This document shows positions 1 to 11,865 of a DNA stretch of 64,000 nt, piece by piece. Origin of the DNA: Chrysemys picta bellii (lineage: Eukaryota). The stretch spans positions 41,168,001-41,232,000 of the forward strand of contig NC_088803.1 of NCBI RefSeq assembly GCF_011386835.1. The letters run 5' to 3'. The translations under genes and the position numbers were made by a program. Every line of letters begins with the position of its first letter. Position 1 is the stretch's first letter. A model generated the notes under the pieces. That model searched no databases and was not told the DNA's origin. It was given only the letters and a program-made list of their open reading frames with translations.

Positions 1-790
1 TACACCAATTTAGGACACTAGTATGTAGACAAAGTCTTCTGGGGCATACCCATGCACCTAAGCAGAAGGTCAGTATATTTACTTGACAAGGAGAGATCCC
101 CTTTAACTACAAAAAGGTAGTTAATACAGGAACATATCTATTAAAAAGAGCTCTGTGCCCATTCATTATTATTGTTTTTATTCACAAAGAAAGCGTCTAG
201 CACTGGATGAGGCATTAACATTTTCAACTTGTAGGATAGCTTCCTCCCATCACCCCCCCCCCTCCACATACACACATCCGCTGATGATCTCAATGTTAGA
301 ATTGTTTCCTTTTTCTTTTGTTAGTGTTGTGAGTCTTCATTTCATTTTGTGTTCAAAGTAGAATTTCAGGTCAGAGTATGTGTACAGTACAAGCATGTTG
401 GGGGAGAGGTAGCTTTGTTGGTTTATGGAAACAGACGCTTTAGAGTAAGTAAATCATTATAGATAATGTCCATGTTGTCATCTACCAAGATTTCCCTGTT
501 GGAGACCCAGCAAGATATGCTGTTGCCCTGAAAATAACTTCATTACTATTATTATTATTTTGTTTATTATTATACTTGTAAAGGCTCTTAATAATAGGCA
601 GTAATTTTAATTACCATAATAACTAGGGCATGTCTCATTCAGTAATCTTATTATAAAAAGTGCACTGGTTCTCAGAGTTGCACTTCTTTGATTATATTTG
701 TCCTCAGATCAATGTTGTTTCAGATGTGCAAAATACTGGACATTTAACGATAATCCAGTTGCACCCAACATGGCAGGTTTTTATACTTAC

Positions 791-908
791 AATAGTTCTC
801 CTGCTTTGAACGTGTGTGTGTGTGATTTCGAAGAGCACACTTGCCTGTTGTATATAGTTCTCAAAACTAACTTTCATTTTTATGACTAGTATTGAGGTTC
901 TGTTTCGT
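791..908 (-). other. Candidate 118-nt exon of an unidentified minus-strand transcript
   Basis: Minus strand: acceptor ctttgtttgttttaccag, donor ATT|gtaagt. One open frame contains ATG-started MKVSFENYIQQASVLFEITHTHVQSRRTI ending in phase 0. No homology recognised. Confidence 0.3.
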
Positions 909-1759
909 CTGGTAAAACAAACAAAGTGACACTAGACAGGATGTGCAACAGAAAACGAATCGCTTATCAAGGCAGATGCCAACGTTCCTTTTTTACGTCT
1001 CTGATTTGAAGGATTTAAAAAATGTATATTTTTTAATTTTCACATTTTAGTTTTTGTACCTTCCACAAGTTCAAGGGCATTGGCTGCACTTATTTTGTCT
1101 TGGTGGTGGTAGAGATGTTGAAGAAAAGTTTGCAACTTCTAGCTTCTTTAGGTAGTTAACCTCCCAGGGAAGAAAAATGATAAGCCTTATGATTCTGGAC
1201 ATGTCTGCTTTTGTCATTGCTTAAAATTAAATACTATGCACAACTGTAAATAATTACTACCATGCACTGACTTTGAAAGCAGGTTTCTAGTTTGATTAAT
1301 GAATAATGTAAAGGTTAGAGAGAACAAGCAAGTGAATCAGAAGTGAAGTCCTGCTGCTAGATGAAAATCTATCTAGAGAAATATACATGGCAATTTTGTC
1401 CTTTTCTATTATTAATTTTGAGCCCTGTGTTCCTAAGAAATATATTACAGTGGTGTAATGAAACAAGTTATTGTAATTAGATAAATGGGACACTATTTAT
1501 GTTTGATTATTAGGTCTTTTTGGTCTCAATTTATGGTTTTAAAAATACTTTTTTTCACATCAACAAAGGAACTATGATCTTTCTATAGCTGACTCTTAGC
1601 ATCATTCTTTTTCACTATGATTTCGATCTCTCTTAAAGCAGATGTTTAAATTTCTTTATACCAGTACCCAATATTATGTCATATTTTTATTTACAATTAT
1701 ATATTATGTTTGTATTGTACTTTTTATCCCAGTAGATCCCAAAAGGCTTTACAGATAAT

Positions 1760-1864
1760 GGGCCCAATTCTCCTCTCAGACCAGTGTAAATCATGAATAA
1801 CTCTACTGACGTGAATGGAGTTGCAATTGTGTAGAACTCTCATGAGTAAGAGAAGAATCAGGCC
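1760..1864. mobile_element. Short palindromic MITE-like element (gggcc..ttctc / gagaa..ggcc family)
   Basis: Inverted ends gggcccaattctcctctca and gagtaagagaagaatcaggcc around a caatggag-type core. Similar short hairpin elements recur, e.g. ~4090-4168 and nested at ~62446-62632. Confidence 0.5.
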
Positions 1865-2149
1865 TTGAATGTACTTCACCCATCACTGAAATGCAGCCAC
1901 CTCTGGGGCAGAACCTAGGTAGTGATTCTGCACCAATGACAGTAGACAACAGAAGGGTATGGGAGCAAACTAGAACTGCCATTTTGATGCTATTTTTATT
2001 CCTATGGATATGAAATAGCTTTCAAACACAATTTCACTGGATTATACTCTGCTTTCCCCCTGCAGCTTCTTTAAATGTGCATATTTTATTTTGTGATCGT
2101 GAATTTCTAGTTCGCTGCTTAGTGATAGTGAAGAAGAATTTGGACTTAC

Positions 2150-2232
2150 CATCTTTTTGTGCTCAAATTTTGTCATTGTTTCTTTCATTCTCTTTCTGTT
2201 GGCTTTGATAGGCTATCTGAGAACCAAAGCTC
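2150..2232 (-). CDS. Candidate 83-nt start-codon-containing exon (MKETMTKFEHKKM, phase-0 donor) of an unidentified gene
   Basis: Minus strand: acceptor gctgtttctgctgtacttttcag, donor ATG|gtaagtcc, purine-rich body. After an in-frame TAG there are three in-frame ATGs, each with A at -3. Product not recognised. Confidence 0.45.
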
Positions 2233-2904
2233 CTGAAAAGTACAGCAGAAACAGCTCCCAGACACATTTATTTTGTTTATCGAAGCTGGAGATGCATAAT
2301 GCAGATTTTGTTTTCGTGAAAGTCCTTGTGTGGCAATAAACACAAGACTGTTAGCAATCATTACTTAAAAGTTGCAATTTGCACCTTAATAGTACAGGTT
2401 ATTTAAATAGAAATGTATTCAGCAGGGGAAACCCTGCACTCTTCAGTGGGTTAAACTAGATAATATGTTAGATCTGATTCTCGAGAAATATGTACATGTA
2501 AGCCAGCAGGGTTGTTTTATTTTTAATGTTACATTTATCCTTTATTAAGCAGCTAATAGAAGCAGGTTCCAAGCAAATGGGACTGAATGGAACTGTGGGA
2601 ATGGCAGAGTCGCTTTGTTTTAACATCCTCCAGAAAAGCAAGTGCACATCAAAAACCTCTAAATATCTCATGCCTCGGAAGGAACCTTCAGTTACTCTGC
2701 ACATTATGACACTGACAGATGACAAAAAAGCAAAGGTGTTCACAAACAAGAGGAGGCTTCACCGTTCTGATTAATTAAATGATTTCCAGAATAGGTATTT
2801 CCTCAGCTACCCGTCCACCAAATTAGCCGCCTCTGTTCTGGAATTGAGCTGCTAAGTGATTCCTTCCCCCACATCCCCACACTCCATGTTAAAACCCAGG
2901 ACTG

Positions 2905-3004
2905 AATGGGACAGGAGTTGGTGAGCGAGGTTCTTTGGCCTGCAATGTGCTAGATGATCACGATGATCCCTTCTGGCCTTAAAGTCCATGAGTCTATGAG
3001 TCTG
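2905..3004 (+). mobile_element. CR1 LINE 3' end fragment
   Basis: gaggttctttggcctgcaatgtg..tagatgatcacgatgatcccttctggccttaaagtccatgagtctatga resembles the CR1 3' UTR with terminal ctatga-type repeats. Confidence 0.7.
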
Positions 3005-3372
3005 ACTCAAAAGTTCATTTGTTTCAGTTGTTCATTGATTTCATTTTTAATCTGCCATATCAGGACACAATTGGCCCCCAGAGAAAGATTAGAACTGACA
3101 AGGAATTCAGACACTGCCATTGTAATCTGAAAGACAATTCCATCAGTAATTGGGATCTATGCTTTTAAAATATTTTTTAAAAAATATTTTAAATTATTTT
3201 GCCTAACTGGTTCTGCTCTTCCATGCCCTGTAATCTCAAGGCCATATAATTAAAAGTAGCAGGATTTTGCCACTTCCTCCCATTGCTTTTCCCTTCTGAC
3301 TCAGTTTCCCATTAGCAGCACCAATCTCAAATAACCGCTTCCATAGACCAAGTCCCTGGGGTGCCAACTCAC

Positions 3373-3553
3373 CACCATAGAGTTGCTGTGATTCTTTCCG
3401 CCCTTGCTTTACTTCACATCCAAAGAGCACAACACTCCAAAGAGCAATCCAGACTCCTCCCCTCCCTGCCCCCCACACCCTACCCCTCAATGCTGTCAGT
3501 TGCTGTGGCTGCAGCTCCCAACTTAGCAGCAGCAGCAAAGGGAATGGAACCAT
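3373..3553 (-). other. Candidate upstream (first or 5' UTR) exon of the minus-strand transcript
   Basis: Strong donor GTG|gtgagtt at 3373/3372. The 5' boundary is uncertain (possible weak acceptor at 3522-3523, or a TSS). Non-repetitive sequence with a short (GCT)n. Confidence 0.28.
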
Positions 3554-5439
3554 ACTCTATCAATTACAGTTGGAACCAGATGCTAAACACCTATTGTGTT
3601 AAGCTATTGTACAGACCGTAAGAGCTCAAATGTAAAAAAAAAAAAAAAATCATGTTGGCTAGTTGGGAGCAGGGGGGAGTGGCAGAATGAGGCCTGGTTG
3701 TTCTAATGGATGATGTATTATTAGTAGAGCCAAAGTAAAATGATGCAAATAAATACTCTCTATTTAATATCTATCAGATTGTACTGCAGATATTGAGACA
3801 CGCGAGTGCCACGTTCAACCAAACTCCTTTAGAAAAAGGAACCCACCAGCCTTTTTTTATTAAAATAGCCCTTTGTTTTCCCCTTGCTCTTTCCAAAATT
3901 AAAGATGTTTGTAAAGTTTTACCTCCAGAGTGTGCTCACAGAAGCAGAGAGACATTTTCATCTGTCTCAGAATCAGATATTGGAGTCAATTGGAAACACA
4001 TTACTCTCACAGTTGAAGCCTTACATTTCATTCGTGCAACAGCAGTGATTTTTCATTACCTGTTTAATTACAATAATTTGCATGACTGAGGGCCCAGTCC
4101 TGCAGTACTCACTAGTGATTTTGCTTCACTGGGAGTTCTGCCTGTATATAGACTGTAAAATTGGGCTGTTTAGCTGCAAAATAAAACAACATAGTTAAAA
4201 AAGAGTGGGTTGGTGTCCAAATTATGGGCCATATTCTGCCAATAGCCTTTAAGTAGAATTTACCCTTGGAATCTAGGGAAAGTTCAGATTATACATTTAT
4301 GTACTGATAGTTCTACATTCTTGTTTTCTAAAGTTGGTATAATCACTGCATTTTATTTATGTTGCTACCTTACTCTTTAAACATTTTTTGATTGTTTTGC
4401 ATTTATTATTGAATATTATTTTTCTGGTACCAGGAGCTGATTGGGCCTTTAAACAGCCTTTTATAATGTTGCAATCTACTGTCTCAATTCCAGCAGACAG
4501 ACTCAAAGAAATAGTATGTAAAATGTTTTGAAAATCAGGGCCCTAAAAGTTCCATTTAAGTTTAGACATTTAACATCAGTTCTTTCTCATTAAGGTGACC
4601 CTGACTTGAGGCTATTGGATCTTGGCTCCTTGTCATTTCTGACCACATTATAATAACGTCTTTTGCAACTCAGAAATACCTTGGTTTCCAAGAACAGACG
4701 GGGAGCAGTGTATTTTCAAGATTTCAAGGGGAAATGCATCATAAAAGCACACCATTAGATTTACACATCCCATTTTTAACTATTGCTGATTTTTTTTTTT
4801 CCGTTGCCTTGCGAGATTTTTCAGGAGGAAAGAAAAGAAGTTGGAAAACTGGTCTTAGAATCTTAGTGCTTCATTAAATGTTTAATTTAGACAAATGAAG
4901 AGGTTCTTTGTTTCGCAAGAAGAAATTATTATTCTTCCCTCCATCCCCCACACCCCCAACTCATGAACTAGGAAAAAAATAAGTCACAACAATAGCTACA
5001 AAATGACAGGAACAGACTCTAGGTTGTTTTTAATGTGAGGTATGCAATGATCATAGTTAGTGGTAAAATTCCACAGCAAAATGGAACCATGCTATGTTTA
5101 TAGGAAATAGATCCTCTTGGAAGACGTACATATGCATACATGTATGACAGGCAGGCACCCAGGCGCGCGCGCACACACCCACACACAGAAAAAAGAGAGA
5201 CAGGCATTTAGCTGAAATGTGGATGCAAAATTCTTACCGATGTGAGTGTGTAATTGCAAGAGTTGTGGCATTTTTAAACCATTCAAGCCAATTTATTTTA
5301 ATCATAGTGGTCAACTTCTACAGTATAGTAGTCTCATATGGTATTTTCTTTAATCCTCAGCTTCTGGATTCAGGTGATTACATGAGCATCTCAGCGTTTA
5401 TTTCAAAAGAAAATTTTTTTTAGCTTTAATGGTTGTGGA

Positions 5440-5600
5440 GATAAGCTTAAAAACATGAAATCAAAAGGCTCCAATACCAAAAGGAAGAAAGAAACCACTC
5501 AAATTTATTATTTTTAAAATCTCGTGCTTTTTAAGCCAGTCTAGTGTATTTTGAAGGCCTGATTTATGATTTTTGAAAAGTTGTGTTGTTGGCAATATTG
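5440..5600 (-). mobile_element. Non-autonomous DNA element fragment, CA(G/A)TATTGCCAA-terminus family (hAT-Blackjack-like end)
   Basis: Ends in gttggcaatattg. Internal tcatg-/aaaaatc-rich motifs are shared with copies at ~22.1, 33.2 and 50.3 kb. Confidence 0.5.
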
Positions 5601-5680
5601 CTTCTAACTGACTCCTACTTTGAACTGTCTCTGTATGTATATAGGAATAGAGATGGAGTAGAGTTACTTTACTAAAGCTA

Positions 5681-5772
5681 GGCCATGTCTACACAGCAAA
5701 TTAGTGTTCGGCAAACTGTTGCACTGTAGATTTATATCCTGGCTTGCTGCGCACCAGCTCACCATGTAAACG
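5681..5772. mobile_element. Degenerate Harbinger-type MITE fragment
   Basis: Begins ggccatgtctacac, the TIR shared by the intact copies in this window. Confidence 0.4.
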
Positions 5773-6186
5773 GGTGACTTAGTTACTCTGGACTTACACT
5801 GGTGTAACCAAAAGCAGATTTTAGCCCTAGTCTGAAGGATCAGACAATCTGTTCTTGAGCCATGGTTTTCCATTGTAGTTTTATGGAGATTGCTGCTAGT
5901 GGCAATTACATCCAAAAAGTTAATAGCCAATAGCTGTTCTCTTTAGACATAAGGACACAATAGAACTCAACTTTACTTCAAATAAAAATCTTAGGTAAAA
6001 CTTGCAACATTCATGCTGTATTTTTATTGTATTCATGTAAATGAGATGCTGTCTTCTTTCTTTCATCTCTGTTCATTGTATCTATTATATCTCTATCTCA
6101 TTCTTTTCTCTATATTTTCCCCTCGTTCGGCGTGAACTGTTATCTAATGATACTGTATCTCATTAAATTTACTCATGATGCAAAAG

Positions 6187-6194
6187 GGACTATG
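6187..6194 (+). other. Candidate 8-nt microexon GGACTATG, or 3' end of a first exon
   Basis: No AG from ~6048 to 6184, pyrimidine tract at 6050-6125, ctaat branch-like motif, TGC just upstream of the AG at 6185-6186, donor ATG|gtaagc. Confidence 0.3.
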
Positions 6195-7514
6195 GTAAGC
6201 GAAGCTTTTAGAAAAAGCAAATCTGCTGAACATATGGAGAAAACACAAAACAAAAAACCTATCTCAACTAACTCTTGAAATTAGATCAAATTAGACCAAA
6301 AACATTTTACAGGTAGAAGCACTGTACTGGAAAGAACAGACAATTTTTAATATACATCCCCACTTGCAAATATGAGGAGCAATAAGGTTTAAGGAGCTTT
6401 CTGGCTCTTCCTGCATCTCTCTCAAAAGACTCATTTAATTGGAAAGCCTGTTGTGCTTGTTTTTATGTATGTAAAAAGAGAAAAGGCCCGATTTCCCACT
6501 AGGCCTTGTATTCCAGTCTAGTATAATCGGAGGAGGTTTTGTTTTTTTTTTAAATCTTTCTGTTCTCTGTTAATATAAAATTAAAACCCACAGATTTTAA
6601 CTCATAGAAAATCTCATACAATATTGCTTTAATAAATTTAAAAAATGCTGTTTAATATTCCCAAAGCCTCTTTCCGACAGCAGTGTTTGGTTTGTTCATG
6701 TGGGATCGGTGCACAGTTTCTGTTGAAAAAGAAACAGTATGCAATGCTTGTTTTTAATGAAAATAATTATATTCATTGGAATCCACTGATAACAAACTGG
6801 GGCCTTAGTGAGACTCCGTTTATAGTGGACAAGAATGAAAGTCTGGGCTTGTTTCAGTGCATCAGAATGTGCAGGCTGCAATCCCATTTGTATCACTGAC
6901 CCTCTGCTCAGAAGTTGTTCTGTTGGGGGAAAGAAAATACTTTACTATGAGTGGGTTGCATGGGAGGTAAATAATTCAGTGTAAACTACATTAGGCTTGT
7001 TTTAAATCACCATCACAATTAATCAGACCTGCAATTCTAGATGTGCATGTTGCATCATCTCATCTACACCCTACAGGGTGAGTAGACTGCATAGAAAAGG
7101 GCTGGATCTTCATATGATTTAAAATTTAGTACCAAAGGGAAAAAAATCTGTACAGACACCTTTTGGGGAAACGCTCCTTGCGTTGATTTCATTTAGCTCA
7201 AATGTTGGCCTGCAAAAACATAATTTTTTAAAAATACATTTTTCATCTGTGTCAAAACATGTAGTACAAGTAGCATTACATTCACATGTGAAAAGAAGAG
7301 GAAATTAAGCAATTATAGTGATCTGTAGTAGCATTAATGTTTTTGATTTAGCTGCATAGCTCCCACTGATATGCACGGGAATTGCAAGCTTCGATAGGAA
7401 GAAGCAGTGGAGCAGTTAGATCACTTTGCACTTAGATCGCTCATGTCTTTGCATTTCAAAATATTTTACCAATGTCATTTGCTGCTCAGAATAAACTAAA
7501 TGAGGTAGATTGGT

Positions 7515-7628
7515 CTTATTCCCATTTTATAGATGGGCTAATTTAAGCTGCCTTGCTCAAGGTCGCATTGCAAGGCAGCAGCAGAGATAGAATGGATATC
7601 AGGAACCTTGGTTCTTAATTCCCAGCTC
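7515..7628 (-). mobile_element. MIR (CORE-SINE) fragment
   Basis: cccattttatagatggg..ttgctcaaggtc..gcagagatagaa matches the reverse complement of the MIR core. Confidence 0.55.
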
Positions 7629-8089
7629 TATACTATCGTCCATAGCCAGCTCTTTGCCACTTACTCCCCACAACCTCCAGTCATAGGGGGCATTCCTAGG
7701 TGAGTCTGGGGCATAGCTGAATGAGGGAGGGAACATGGCCAGAGCAGGATAGCTTCTGTCACTCTCTAGCCAGTGAGATGGCTCCTCAGAGACTGTTCTA
7801 GGCAGCATCATTTAAAGTAGCCTGTAGGCTTCTCTAAGTCACTCTCAAACCCATTTTTATCCCAAATAAATCCCAGGATCAGAGAAGTTGCAAGGTGGCG
7901 TAGTTACCTGCCCCCTTTGTCCTGTGCTAAATGCAGCTTGTTCAGACCAGGGATCTGAAAATACATGATACACAGGTGTCCGGAGAGAGAGAGTAACCCC
8001 CAGTATAAGCTCTTAACAGAATATTCACATTACTCTTCAGACACTGGCCTGGAGGTTGTTTGAAATTCATTGCAATAAACACTGAGGCT

Positions 8090-8245
8090 AGGATTTCCAA
8101 AAATGGGTTCCTAAAGTTAGGCTTATGAATCCTTATTTAGGCACCTAAATAAGAGGCCTGATTTTCAAAAGCAGTGAGAACCCATCACAGTTCCTATTGG
8201 ATCTTTCTTCACAGATCCCATTGGCGCTAGTAGGAGTTGCAAACA
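8090..8245. mobile_element. Fragment of recurrent 'ttaggcacctaa / ggcctgattttcaaaag' repeat family (class uncertain)
   Basis: Same motifs recur at ~12.2-12.35, 18.27-18.71, 33.87-33.96, 42.85-43.2, 44.34-44.44 and 60.26-60.5 kb. Confidence 0.45.
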
Positions 8246-8454
8246 TAAGTCAAGGGCAGTGTTATTTCTCTAGAGTGAAAATATATGTATTGGCTGTGGG
8301 AGAAATATGAAGGCAGGTAATAACTTATGGGTGCATTAAGGGTTGTTGGCCTTTATTTTCCCATTATCTGGCCTCTTGGGAATGGTAGTTACAGGTATTA
8401 TTTTGACAAGATCTCAAAGTAAATCTTAGGTAATATACGGCCAATATACCATAC

Positions 8455-8790
8455 CTGAGAGACCTCTGCTATCCTATCTACTCTCACAACACCTCAGATC
8501 AGCTGGGCTGTTCATTCCATCTGAGATCACCAGGCAGGGCCTTCTTCACTGAGGCTCCAGGGATTTGGAATGCTCTTCCCTTTATCAAAGTTCTCCAGGG
8601 GGATCTTTTCAGGTGAAGCTAAATGTTTGTCTCTTTGTTGCTGAGTGGTAGGTTGTTAGACTATGTATGCCAGTTTGGTCATAGTATTGGCTAACTGGAT
8701 CTTGTCTCTGATTATTGATATTCATATATTTAAAGTGCTTTGACCTCCTTGTGTTTAAGCCCCTTAGAAGTAATTAATGATTATTTATTG
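8455..8790 (+). mobile_element. L2 LINE 3' end remnant
   Basis: gcagggccttcttcactgaggctccagggatttggaatgctcttccc translates to EAPGIWNALP, matching the L2 ORF2 C-terminal APxxWNxLP motif. Followed by an AT-rich tail. Confidence 0.55.
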
Positions 8791-9936
8791 TTATTATAAT
8801 TGTTAACTACTCTGATGTCCATTCTCCTTTAGGCTGAAGGGAGTGGTTCCTGGTGCCCCACCCACAAGCAATATCCCTATAGCCTTTCTCATCAAACATC
8901 CATGCTCATGCATTTCTTGGCATGTCAGGGCATGTCAGACACTGTCATTCTGTTCCTTACAGATCATTTGCAGAATGCCTCCCTTTGCTCGTGAAAATCT
9001 GGAACAAATGTAATCAAGATACATTATCGTTATAGTACAACAAATACAAGCTGAACTGTGCAGATTTCCCCTTAAAGCACCTCTTAATATGTATTGTCAA
9101 AATGTCTAAAGATGTCTCTTACTCATAAGCATTTAATTATTTGTGACATTTAAACAAATATTCAGAGCAGAGAAAAAAAACATTGGTATTAAATATTTTC
9201 TCTTGTCAAAAGGTAACAAAACGTCATCTAATACAGTGAACTCTTATATTCACTATTTCCAGTAAACGTATGTTATACCTGGAGATAGGCTTGAACGGGA
9301 TTCCTGAATGCAAGTCCTTGACCCTGAGTTTTGTGTGGAAGGGAGGAGTTGTGTTTTGAAATCCAGACTAGAAGCTAATTCTATTCTTAAAGACAATCTC
9401 AGTAGCGATCAGGAACCCCAAATCTCAACAGCCCAAACTCTGGGATGGTTTGAAATCTGGAGTCAAACTCAGGTCCCAGTTCAGCAAGATGCTTAAGTTT
9501 GTGCCTGGCTTTAAGCACATGCGGAGTCCTAATGGCTGAATCAGGGTCTCAGATGTGAATTTTGTAGCTCAGGCCTATCTCTCAAGCATGGCAAAAATAC
9601 ATCTTGAGAAATTTTAAATACACTCAAATATTGTAGGTTAAAAAAGAAGAATTTGTGGATGGACTTCCATGTATCGTGGTATCTCTTTCAGGCCATTTAA
9701 GTAGAGAGAAGAGTATTGTGTGATTGACAGTTGTTTTACTTCCTTAGGCAGCCATTGAAATTGTAGAAGTTGGGCTGTGTGATGACATTACAAGGAAAAA
9801 GGGTGTACTGGGTACAATAGCAAAACAATAGAGGCCTGAGGGCACTGTGAGTTGTCTGGATATCAGGATTATTATTATAAGCGGACCTGGAAGTGATGCA
9901 TATATTAGAGGCAGAGCTAGCAGTGACGCCTATAAT

Positions 9937-10650
9937 TAAGGTTGCCCAATACTTTCCTTTGTAAGACCCTGTTTTGGTTGCTCAGCCATGTCTGAAAATT
10001 AAGTTAGGGAAAAATATGTTGTTTTGCCAATGTACAAAAATACAGACAGTCATTTTGTTGCAAAATTTTAGCACCACCGTGCTTTGCAGCAGAAACTTGA
10101 CATTTGGCGGGGGGTTACACTAGATTCAGGGAGATACCTTTTGTTGTCCCCATGACCGTCCACCCAAATTTGGCCAAATTATAAGCCTCTAAAAATGGCC
10201 ATTTGCACATGCTCAGTAGAGATTTGTTAGAAGCTGGCAACAAAATCCTCCGACTATTCCATCTTCACTGAGCATGTTCCATCCTTACAAAGTTCCCATG
10301 ACAATCACACTGAGTATATTTCACCCACACAGCGCTCACTAAGCTCCAGACAGGGCTGAGCAAGACATATCCTGCAATTACTTCTCCCTGCTGATGGGGG
10401 CAGCTGAGGTGCTGGGCAGAGAGCAAGGACACTGTTTGTCTTGTGCTTCCAGTATTCACCTTGCTGGTGCCCAGGCAGCAAGGTTAAGGAGGAAATAGCC
10501 TCACTGGAATGCAGAAGAGTGAACAATAGAATGAGGAGATGGGAAGGCTCAGGTGGGGGAATAAGAAAAAGTGAAACAGGAATAGATTGGGGGGGAGGAG
10601 GGCAGGAACAGGATAACCTGTCAGAAAATATTTGCAAAACCCACTGACAA
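9937..10650. mobile_element. Probable non-autonomous DNA element (taaggttgccc terminus, Blackjack-like)
   Basis: Left end resembles the TAGGGTTGCC/TAGGGTTACC TIR. Right end is not resolved. Confidence 0.35.
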
Positions 10651-10852
10651 AGTATGTGCCACATCCCCCTCTAGTGTTTGGTTCACATAGAGGTTAACGG
10701 TCTACTACTTCTGCCAGTTACTCCATTAACTCAAATGGTAGCGATCTGTGCTGTGGATCTAAAGGTTCCTATGCTGCTGAAGCCCTGTGCAGGGATCAAT
10801 ATAGTTCCACATGATGTTTTCTTCAGTTTGCTTTTTATGAAACCTAAAAGTA

Positions 10853-11811
10853 CAGTAACTCCTCACTTAAAGTCGTCCCGGCTGATCAATTAGAGAACAT
10901 GCTCGTTTAAAGTTGTGCAGTGCTCCCTTCTAACGTCATTTGGCAGCCACCTGCTTTATTCACTGCTTGCAGGAAGAGCAGCCCATTGCAGCTAGCTGGT
11001 GGGGGCTTGTAACCAGGGTGGACCGGCAGCCCCCCTATCAGCTCCCCGCTCCCCTAAGTTCCCTGTGCTGCAGCCACCCAGCAGGCTATCAAGGCAGTTC
11101 AGCTGTCCCTCCCCCCCACTGCCATGTGCTGCTCCTGCCCTCTGCCTTGGAGCTGCTCCCAGAGACCCCTGCTTGCTGTGCAGGGGAGAAAGAGGGGGGT
11201 TAATGTCAGGGTGCCCCCCTCCTTCTCCATATAGAACAGGGAGGGGACACCTGACTGAGAGGGACAGAGAGAGCTTGGGGCAGCAGCTGCTGTCTCAACT
11301 TCCTGATCCACTTAAAAAGACAATGCACTTAAGAGTGGGTCAGCTTACTTAAAGGGGCAGTGTGCATCACTCTCTCTCCCACACACAAGGTGTGTGTCTG
11401 TCTCTGTCTGCTATGCTGTCTCCCCTCTCTCGTGTTCGAGCTGCCTTGTGTGAGAGGCTATATTAACAACAATGTGTTAACCCTTGAGGGCTCAGCTGAG
11501 TGCTAGTTCATCATTTAGCAGCAAGGCATTCCCTGGGAAATATCCTCCCTCTTCCACCCTCTAACTTCACCACCTCAACAAAGCTTCACAATCATCATAG
11601 CTGTGAACAGTATTAAATTGTTTGTTTAAAACGTATACTGTGTGTATATCTATATAATATATAGTTTTTTGTCTGGTGAAAAAAATTTCCCTGGAACCTA
11701 ACCCCCCCATTTACATTAATTCTTATGGGGAAATTGGATTTGCTTAACATCGTTTCGCTTAAAGTCACATTTTTCAGGAACATAACTACAACATTAAGCG
11801 AGGAGTTACTG
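10853..11811. mobile_element. Tigger/TcMar-type non-autonomous element, full length
   Basis: 18-bp TIRs cagtaactcctcacttaa and ttaagcgaggagttactg (1 mismatch); TA target duplication at 10851-10852 and 11812-11813; no transposase ORF. Confidence 0.9.
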
Positions 11812-11865
11812 TATCCCTGTTTCATCTAGTGCACTGGAGGGACAGTGCTTAGAGCATCTGAAGCA

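Noticed and set aside
708-776. Plus-strand exon-like stretch (INVVSDVQNTGHLTIIQLHPTWQ)
   Set aside because: Donor CAG|gttttt is weak, the peptide is not recognised, and stronger signals nearby are on the minus strand.
2212-2340. Plus-strand terminal exon (pyrimidine tract, AG at 2210-2211, AATAAA at 2335)
   Set aside because: The pyrimidine tract is more simply the complement of the purine-rich minus-strand exon 2150-2232, which has both splice sites.
3236-3553. Signal-peptide-like ORF MVPFPLLLLLSW..
   Set aside because: The poly-Leu comes from a (GCT)n repeat. If spliced at 3373 into 2232 the frame stops after six more codons, so at most a uORF.
5098-5286. NGLKM resemblance to an ELAVL4 alternative N-terminus
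   Set aside because: Five-residue match only; the following residues and donor position do not fit.
10940-11352. Overlapping GC-rich ORFs
   Set aside because: Internal to the non-autonomous Tigger-type element; no transposase motifs.
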